From positions 1,200,001-1,232,000 of the forward strand of contig OY760660.1 of the NCBI GenBank assembly GCA_963663995.1: a DNA stretch of 32,000 nucleotides. The letters run 5' to 3'. A program made the position numbers and the translations under genes. Position 1 is the stretch's first letter, and the number at the start of each line of letters is the position of its first letter. Source of the stretch: Erysipelotrichaceae bacterium. Its GTDB lineage: Bacteria > Bacillota_I > Bacilli_A > Erysipelotrichales > Erysipelotrichaceae. The notes beneath the pieces were generated by a model. The model was not told the DNA's origin and made no database searches. It was given only the letters and a program-made list of their open reading frames with translations. Positions 26,251 to 32,000 of this stretch are shown here, piece by piece.

Positions 26251-27683
26251 GACTGATCTCCTTGAATAATAAGTAAAATATCTCTTAGATCTGAGATAGA
26301 GTTATTTGGTTTAGTCGATAATAAATCTTCACTTCTTTCAGGATGAAAGAGGTAGGCAATGGTATAGATGCCTGCTGCATGTGCTGAATCCATATCTGTA
26401 TGTGAATCACCTACATAAATCGCATTATCTTGACTACATCCCATTGCTTTAAGGGTTGTATACATCCCTTCTGGATGTGGTTTATGATTTTTTACTTCAT
26501 CATAGCCCACAATCACATCAAAGTATTTATCCATTTTAGATAGTTCTAAACCATAGGCAACCATTTCTTTTTTCTTGGAAGAGAAAATAGCTAAAGGATA
26601 ACCTTCGTCATGTAATGTTTTCACAACTTCTAACGCATGTGGCATCACTTTTAAATGGGTAAGATGCGCCTCTTTATTGTACTTCCGATAAAGTTCAACG
26701 CCTTCTTCAAGTTGATCTTCACTTAAGTAAACGCCTAAACTTTGATGAAGTGTTGGACCAATAAATCCAAGTTCTTGTTCTTTCGTTAATTTTAGATCAG
26801 GAAGGAAATGATTGAGGGCATGTTGTGCAGCATAGACAATCGTTGGTTCTGTATCTAATAGCGTTCCATCTAAATCAAAAATAATCGCTGGTTTTTCTTT
26901 TTTAAAGAACTTACGATAAACACCTAACTTCCCAAGCAATCCAATGATGATGAATAAGATAGAGAGGACTTGTGCCATTCTTAAACCCATAAACATTAAT
27001 GAATCCGTACGCATTCCTTCGACCCAGAAACGGACAATACCATACCACATTAAGTAGGCATAGGCGAAATCGCCACGCTTGTTGTCACCAAATCGTTTTA
27101 AGCCAAAAACGATTAAGATATAGCCGAGGATATTTAATATGGATTCATAAAAGAAGGTTGGCGCACGATATTCACCCATAATGAACATCGTGTTTTTAAT
27201 AAAGTCTGGCCAATATTTATAAAAACCTTCAGAGACAATGCCTCCATAAGCTTCTTGATTCATAAAATTTCCCCAACGACCTAAAGCTTGGGCAATCAAA
27301 ATAGTTGGGACAACCGCATCAGCGATTCTTAAGAAGGAAATGTTTTTCTTCTTTAAAAAGAAATAAGCATATAAGCCACCTAACATGAGTCCACCCTGAA
27401 TCGCCATACCACCATTCCAAGTCATAAAGATCGTGATTGGATCAGCGAGATAATATGCTAAATCATAAAACAGGACATACCATAAACGTGAGCCAATAAT
27501 CCCAAAGATTAATGCTCCAAAAAATAAGTCATCGGCTACACTACTGCTGTAACCCATTTTTTTAATTTCTCTAGCAGATATACTATAGGCAATAATTGCA
27601 CCACTTAAGATAAATACGGCATACCATTTTATACTTAAAGGTCCAATTTCTAAAAAGGTTCTAAAATCTGGAAAAAAACTCAT
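26229..27683 (-). CDS. lgt: Fusion protein: prolipoprotein diacylglyceryl transferase (Lgt, ~aa 1-262) + HAD-family phosphatase (PpaX/Gph-like, ~aa 268-484)
   Basis: The N-terminal part has Lgt motifs (YAVFILSGA, GRWGNFMNQEAYG, YESILN, VRFWVEGMRTDS). The C-terminal part has HAD motifs I-IV (IIFDLDGTLLDT, IFSSKKK, VGDSHTDMDSAHAAG). It is a single uninterrupted ORF following hprK, as in Bacillus hprK-lgt-(yvoD)-ppaX. Confidence 0.85.
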   Translation of the reverse strand: MSFFPDFRTFLEIGPLSIKWYAVFILSGAIIAYSISAREIKKMGYSSSVADDLFFGALIFGIIGSRLWYVLFYDLAYYLADPITIFMTWNGGMAIQGGLMLGGLYAYFFLKKKNISFLRIADAVVPTILIAQALGRWGNFMNQEAYGGIVSEGFYKYWPDFIKNTMFIMGEYRAPTFFYESILNILGYILIVFGLKRFGDNKRGDFAYAYLMWYGIVRFWVEGMRTDSLMFMGLRMAQVLSILFIIIGLLGKLGVYRKFFKKEKPAIIFDLDGTLLDTEPTIVYAAQHALNHFLPDLKLTKEQELGFIGPTLHQSLGVYLSEDQLEEGVELYRKYNKEAHLTHLKVMPHALEVVKTLHDEGYPLAIFSSKKKEMVAYGLELSKMDKYFDVIVGYDEVKNHKPHPEGMYTTLKAMGCSQDNAIYVGDSHTDMDSAHAAGIYTIAYLFHPERSEDLLSTKPNNSISDLRDILLIIQGDQSWTHNMM

Positions 27684-28627
27684 TCGTCTACCTCATTTTG
27701 TTTTTGGATAAAATCATAAACACGTTGTTCAAATTCTTTAGCGGAATTAAATCCTTGAAGTCTTAGGTTAAAATTCGCAACCGCTGATTGGATAAGAACA
27801 GATATATTACGCCCTTCACGCACTGGAATAAGAATCTTAGGAACGGTGAGTTCAAGATAGGTTTCAAATAAATCATCTTCAATCCCAACCCTTGCATATT
27901 CTTTTTCTTCATCCCATTTTTCTAAATGTACGATGAAGTCAATTTCACTTTTATCTAAGATGGTAGATGAACCAAACATTTTGGCTACATCAATAATCCC
28001 AATTCCGCGAATTTCTAACATCCCTTTTAATAAATCAGGTGCTTGTCCAATCAATGTGTTATGAATTCTGGATACATCAACACGATCATCGGCCACTAAA
28101 ACATGTCCTGAGCGAATCAGTTCTAGGGCTGTTTCAGATTTACCCATACCACTCTCACCCGTAATGAGTACACCTTTACCATAAATACTTAATAGAACAC
28201 CATGGATATTATCTACAGGTGCTAATTGTTCATCTAAATATGCGACAATATCAACCATCAAACGATAGGTTGGTAAATTGGATGCGAAGACTGGAAAATT
28301 TTTGCGATTTGCAATTTCAAGTAAAACTTCTGGAGCTTCTTGATTTTTCGATATAACAATCGCGGGTGTGTATGAATCGGTAATGCGTTCAAGTCTTTCT
28401 TTTAAGACTTCAGGACTAAGCGTTTGCATATAGGAAATTTCTTTTGTTCCCATAATCATGATTCGCTTAGGTTCAGAGTATTCAAAATATCCAGCTAGTT
28501 CTAAGCCTGGTCGATTAATATCGGGTACTATCGCCCAACGATTTAAAGCTTCTTCATCTCCTGTTAATTGAGTGAGATTAAAATAGCTCGCAAAAGATGA
28601 TATTTTTGCCTTACCTTTATATTCCAT
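27680..28627 (-). CDS. hprK: HPr kinase/phosphorylase
   Basis: 315 aa with the P-loop GESGMGKSETALEL and the signature LEIRGIGIIDV. Confidence 0.95.
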   Translation of the reverse strand: MEYKGKAKISSFASYFNLTQLTGDEEALNRWAIVPDINRPGLELAGYFEYSEPKRIMIMGTKEISYMQTLSPEVLKERLERITDSYTPAIVISKNQEAPEVLLEIANRKNFPVFASNLPTYRLMVDIVAYLDEQLAPVDNIHGVLLSIYGKGVLITGESGMGKSETALELIRSGHVLVADDRVDVSRIHNTLIGQAPDLLKGMLEIRGIGIIDVAKMFGSSTILDKSEIDFIVHLEKWDEEKEYARVGIEDDLFETYLELTVPKILIPVREGRNISVLIQSAVANFNLRLQGFNSAKEFEQRVYDFIQKQNEVDE

Positions 28628-28629
28628 AC

Positions 28630-31455
28630 TTACCTCTTTTCTAGGACGGTTTTTAAATACTGTCCTGTATAACTATTTTCATTTTTAGCTAAGTCCTCTG
28701 GCGTTGCGGCTTGTATAAGGGTTCCTCCCTCATCGCCACCTTCAGGACCTAAATCAATCAACCAGTCGGCATTTTTAATAATGTCTAAGTTATGTTCTAT
28801 TACAATAACGGTATCACCATTATCGACAATATGTTGTAAAACTTTGATTAATTTTCCAACATCAAATGAATGTAACCCGGTTGTTGGTTCATCTAAGATA
28901 AAAACCGTTTTACCCGTCGCTTTACGTTGAAGTTCACTCGCCAGTTTGACTCGTTGTGCTTCACCGCCTGATAGAGTCGTTGCTGATTGACCTAATTTGA
29001 TATAACCTAAACCAACATCTTCTAAGGTTTTTAAACGATGTTTAATTTTAGGAATAGCTGAAAAGAACTCAATCGCTTCTTCAATGGTCATTTCTAAAAT
29101 ATCGTAAATATTTTTACCTTTGTAAGTTACTTCTAAAGTTTCTTGATTATAACGTTTACCTTCACACTCTTCACAATCAACATAAACATCTGGTAAAAAG
29201 TGCATAGAAATTCGTTTAACGCCATCACCTTGGCAGAGTTCACATCGTCCACCTTTGACATTGAAAGAGAAACGACCTTTATCGTAACCTCTAATTTTAG
29301 CTTCTGGGGATAAAGCAAATAAGTCACGAATATGATCAAAAACGCCTGTATAGGTTACTGGATTGGATCGTGGCGTACGACCAATTGGGTTTTGATCAAT
29401 TTCAATTAGTTTGTCGATATGTTCTAAACCTTCAATGGATTTGTATGCGCCTGGTTTTACTCTTACTTTACCTAAATCATGGGCAATGGCTTTGCCTAAG
29501 ATTTCGTTAACTAAAGTTGATTTACCTGAGCCTGAAACACCTGTAACAACGTTAAAAGCACCTAATTTAAAATCAACATTTATATTCTTGAGGTTGTTTT
29601 CACTTGCCCCTTTAACCTTTATTTTTTTACCATTCCCTTTACGTCTTGTTTCTGGGATAGAGTTAATCCGTTTACCACTTAGATATTCAGCCGTAATAGA
29701 GGTCGGATGTTCAATGAGTTCTTGGGGTGTTCCGGTTGCGACAACTTCACCACCATGGACACCTGCGCCTGGTCCAATATCAATAATGTAATCAGATTCC
29801 ATCATGGTTTCTTCATCATGTTCAACGACAATTAAAGTATTACCTAAATCACGCATGTTTTTTAACGTTGCGATCAGTTTGGCATTATCTCTTTGATGTA
29901 GTCCAATTGAAGGTTCATCTAAGACATATAAAACGCCAGTTAAACGAGATCCAATTTGAGTGGCTAAACGAATACGCTGTGCTTCTCCACCTGATAAAGA
30001 TCCTGCAATTCGATCTAATGTTAAATAGTTTAGTCCAACATCTTTTAAGAAACTTAAGCGTTCATCCACTTCTTTACGCACTAAATGCGCAATCTCTTCT
30101 TGCATCGGTTTAAGTTTTAAATTAGCCATATAATCTAAGGCTTGTTTAACTGACATGGCTGTCCATTCTGAGATATTTTTTTCGCCTACACGAACACTTA
30201 GTGCCATCTCATTTAATCGTTTACCTGAACATGTTGGACATTCAGAATCTGTCATAAACGTTCCATACCATTCACGTGCTGCCGATGAGCTTGTTTCCAT
30301 AAATCGACGTTCAATTAATGTTTTGACACCTTCTATATAGTCATTACGTGAGAAACGATTACCAGATCGTGTTTCAATGGTATATCTAATGGGTTCTTTT
30401 GAACCATTTAACACGATATCTAATTGTTCTTTAGTGAACGTAGCAATTGGTTTATTTAAAGGAACATTATAAGACTCACAGAGTTTTTCAAAGTTTTGCC
30501 ATTCAATGTTTTCAGAACCTTTAATATTCTTATAGTAGATAATCCCACCTTCCATAATCGATAGACTTCGATCAGGAATTAGATAATCAACATCAACCAT
30601 TTGAATAATGCCTAAACCTTTACAAGTATTACAGGCCCCTAAAGGTGAGTTAAACGAGAATAATCGTGGTTGAAGATTGGGGACAGAAAAACCACACTTT
30701 GGACAAGCATAGTTTGCTGAAAATAATATTTCTTCTTTAGGTGTAACCACTAAAGCTAAACCATCTGCGTTTTTAATCGCAATTTCTAATGAGTCATGTA
30801 GACGTGAAGCACTATCGTCGCGCTTAACAATACGGTCAACAATCACATCGATATCGTGTTTCTTATTCTTATCTAATTCAATTTCATCTTCCAACTTCTT
30901 TACATCGCCATTTACACGAACTCTCACAAATCCTTCTTTACGCATTCTTTCGAAGAAGTCTTTATGGGTTCCTTTTTGTTGACGAATCGTAGGTGCACAA
31001 ATCATTAATCGTGATTCATTTTCTTCACTCATCACGCGATCAACCATTTGTCTAATCGTTTGTGCATGAATTGGTTCATGATGATTAGGACAATAAGGTG
31101 TTCCTACACGGGCATACATTAAACGTAGATAATCATAGATTTCTGTAACGGTTCCTACCGTTGATCTTGGATTATTTGAAGTTGTTTTTTGATCAATTGA
31201 AATACTTGGGGATAAACCTTCAATCGCATCAACGTCTGGTTTTTCTGTATTTCCTAAAAATTGTCGTGCATACGCACTTAAAGACTCCACATAACGTCTT
31301 TGTCCTTCCGCATAAATCGTGTCGAACGCGAGTGAAGTTTTACCTGAGCCAGAAAGTCCCGTCATAATAACTAGCTGATCTCTAGGAATTTTAATATCAA
31401 TATTTTTGAGGTTGTTTTCACGAGCCCCTTTAATTTCTATAAACTCTTTTTGCAT
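28630..31455 (-). CDS. uvrA: Excinuclease ABC subunit A
   Basis: 941 aa with two ABC ATPase modules (GLSGSGKTSLAF, GVSGSGKSTLV, two LSGGEAQR signatures) and Zn-finger CxxC pairs. Confidence 0.98.
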   Translation of the reverse strand: MQKEFIEIKGARENNLKNIDIKIPRDQLVIMTGLSGSGKTSLAFDTIYAEGQRRYVESLSAYARQFLGNTEKPDVDAIEGLSPSISIDQKTTSNNPRSTVGTVTEIYDYLRLMYARVGTPYCPNHHEPIHAQTIRQMVDRVMSEENESRLMICAPTIRQQKGTHKDFFERMRKEGFVRVRVNGDVKKLEDEIELDKNKKHDIDVIVDRIVKRDDSASRLHDSLEIAIKNADGLALVVTPKEEILFSANYACPKCGFSVPNLQPRLFSFNSPLGACNTCKGLGIIQMVDVDYLIPDRSLSIMEGGIIYYKNIKGSENIEWQNFEKLCESYNVPLNKPIATFTKEQLDIVLNGSKEPIRYTIETRSGNRFSRNDYIEGVKTLIERRFMETSSSAAREWYGTFMTDSECPTCSGKRLNEMALSVRVGEKNISEWTAMSVKQALDYMANLKLKPMQEEIAHLVRKEVDERLSFLKDVGLNYLTLDRIAGSLSGGEAQRIRLATQIGSRLTGVLYVLDEPSIGLHQRDNAKLIATLKNMRDLGNTLIVVEHDEETMMESDYIIDIGPGAGVHGGEVVATGTPQELIEHPTSITAEYLSGKRINSIPETRRKGNGKKIKVKGASENNLKNINVDFKLGAFNVVTGVSGSGKSTLVNEILGKAIAHDLGKVRVKPGAYKSIEGLEHIDKLIEIDQNPIGRTPRSNPVTYTGVFDHIRDLFALSPEAKIRGYDKGRFSFNVKGGRCELCQGDGVKRISMHFLPDVYVDCEECEGKRYNQETLEVTYKGKNIYDILEMTIEEAIEFFSAIPKIKHRLKTLEDVGLGYIKLGQSATTLSGGEAQRVKLASELQRKATGKTVFILDEPTTGLHSFDVGKLIKVLQHIVDNGDTVIVIEHNLDIIKNADWLIDLGPEGGDEGGTLIQAATPEDLAKNENSYTGQYLKTVLEKR

Positions 31456-31509
31456 CCATTTTATTATACACGAGTGTGCTTAAACTTTCTTATCACATAC
31501 CCTAAGTGA

Positions 31510-31538
31510 TTGACTCAATGTCCCCTTTTTGGGATAAT
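31510..31538 (+). promoter_or_regulatory. Sigma-A type promoter for the GtrA-family gene
   Basis: TTGACT (31510-31515), a 17-nt spacer, then GATAAT (31533-31538), 18 nt upstream of the ATG. Confidence 0.5.
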
Positions 31539-31556
31539 TAGCACTGGGAAAAATTT

Positions 31557-31952
31557 ATGAAAAAACTATTTGCACAAATCTTTAAATTTCTTATTGTTGG
31601 CGGCCTATCCTTTATCATTGATATGGTCCTTTATTTTATCTTTACGCGATACCTTAATATCGTTGAAATGTTAGCGACAATAATGTCCTTCTCAATCTCA
31701 TTAATCTTTAATTACATTATGAGCATGCGTTATGTTTTTGTTGGAAAAGATGATATGAAGAAACATCATGAGTTCATGATCTTTGTAACTTTCTCTGTGA
31801 TGGGAGCTGGATTAAACTGGGCTTTATTTTACTTAATGTTCTATGTACTTCTTATTCCAGATTTGATTACTAAAATCTTAGTGGCTGGAATTGTTATGGT
31901 CTTTAACTTTATTACCCGGAAAATATTCTTAGAAAAGAAAGAAAACGCTTAG
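31557..31952 (+). CDS. GtrA family membrane protein (polysaccharide/glycolipid biosynthesis-associated)
   Basis: 131 aa with 4 TM segments. The N-terminal FKFLIVGGLSFIIDMVLYFIF and C-terminal NFITRKIF pattern is typical of the GtrA-like family. Confidence 0.8.
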   Translation: MKKLFAQIFKFLIVGGLSFIIDMVLYFIFTRYLNIVEMLATIMSFSISLIFNYIMSMRYVFVGKDDMKKHHEFMIFVTFSVMGAGLNWALFYLMFYVLLIPDLITKILVAGIVMVFNFITRKIFLEKKENA

Positions 31953-31976
31953 GCAATTGCCCAAGCGTTTTTTAGT
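31942..31976 (+). terminator. Rho-independent terminator after the GtrA-family gene
   Basis: AAAACGCTT-aggcaattgccc-AAGCGTTTT followed by TTAG. The stem begins just before the stop codon. Confidence 0.7.
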
Positions 31977-32000
31977 TTTGTCCGACTAAGACGATAATGT

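Noticed and set aside
9887-27181. Other antisense ORFs: 9887-10090, 10514-10705, 11384-11593, 12457-12651, 21625-21849, 23920-24111, 24390-24746, 24942-25130, 26999-27181, 5700-5915
   Set aside because: Each lies opposite a confidently assigned gene (secE/rpmG, sigH, rlmB, cysS, whiA, rapZ, permeases, lgt, rplL). None has independent support.
28630-31455. Six short ORFs within uvrA: 29133-29339(-), 29411-29791(+), 29868-30113(+), 30155-30340(+), 31161-31367(+)
   Set aside because: These are antisense or out-of-frame shadows of the 941-aa uvrA ORF.
31456-31468. Possible leaderless uvrA transcript (minus strand TATAAT 7 nt before the ATG, no SD) and a search for a LexA/Cheo box
   Set aside because: The -35 region is poor, and no CGAACnnnnGTTCG-like SOS box is present. 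Without TSS data this is too weak to report as a finding.
1-32000. CRISPR arrays, tRNA/rRNA genes, tandem or dispersed repeats
   Set aside because: Scanning by eye found no repeat-spacer periodicity, no tRNA T-arm/acceptor signatures (GGTTCGAATCC-like), and no long direct repeats. Intergenic space is almost fully accounted for by promoters, leaders and terminators.

Overview
Low-GC Bacillota-type chromosomal segment using the standard genetic code (TGA acts as a stop). It contains two conserved, Bacillus-like gene blocks, both on the minus strand. Block 1 (1-13279) is rpoC'(partial)-rpoB-ybxB-like methyltransferase-rplL-rplJ-rplA-rplK-[1.2 kb insert]-nusG-secE-rpmG-sigH-rlmB-mrnC-cysS. Block 2 (20282-31455) is flavodoxin-ICMT-like membrane methyltransferase-whiA-yvcK-rapZ-split permease pair-trxB-lgt::HAD fusion-hprK-uvrA. 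A plus-strand, AT-rich envelope and signalling island (13351-20252) joins them: small membrane protein, membrane GGDEF diguanylate cyclase, galE, an ATP-grasp ligase with an Asp-racemase-family gene, and rmlA-rmlB. A GtrA-family gene closes the window. No tRNA, rRNA, CRISPR array, transposase or integrase was seen. The stand-out is a very AT-rich two-gene cassette (8073-9195) between nusG and rplK. It encodes an XRE-type HTH protein and a 183-aa protein with a pol-beta nucleotidyltransferase signature and AbiEii/MenT-like motifs. It has its own promoter with an operator-like palindrome and a probably leaderless start. This makes it a candidate toxin-antitoxin or abortive-infection module with an architecture I do not recognise. 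Secondary observations are the Lgt-HAD(PpaX-like) fusion, the D-Asp-ligase-like ATP-grasp/racemase pair inside a nucleotide-sugar cluster, a DGC with an intact I-site, a roughly 200-residue expansion of RpoB, and an rpmG gene missing from the ORF track. All functional calls rest on motif recognition and synteny by eye; no database search was run.
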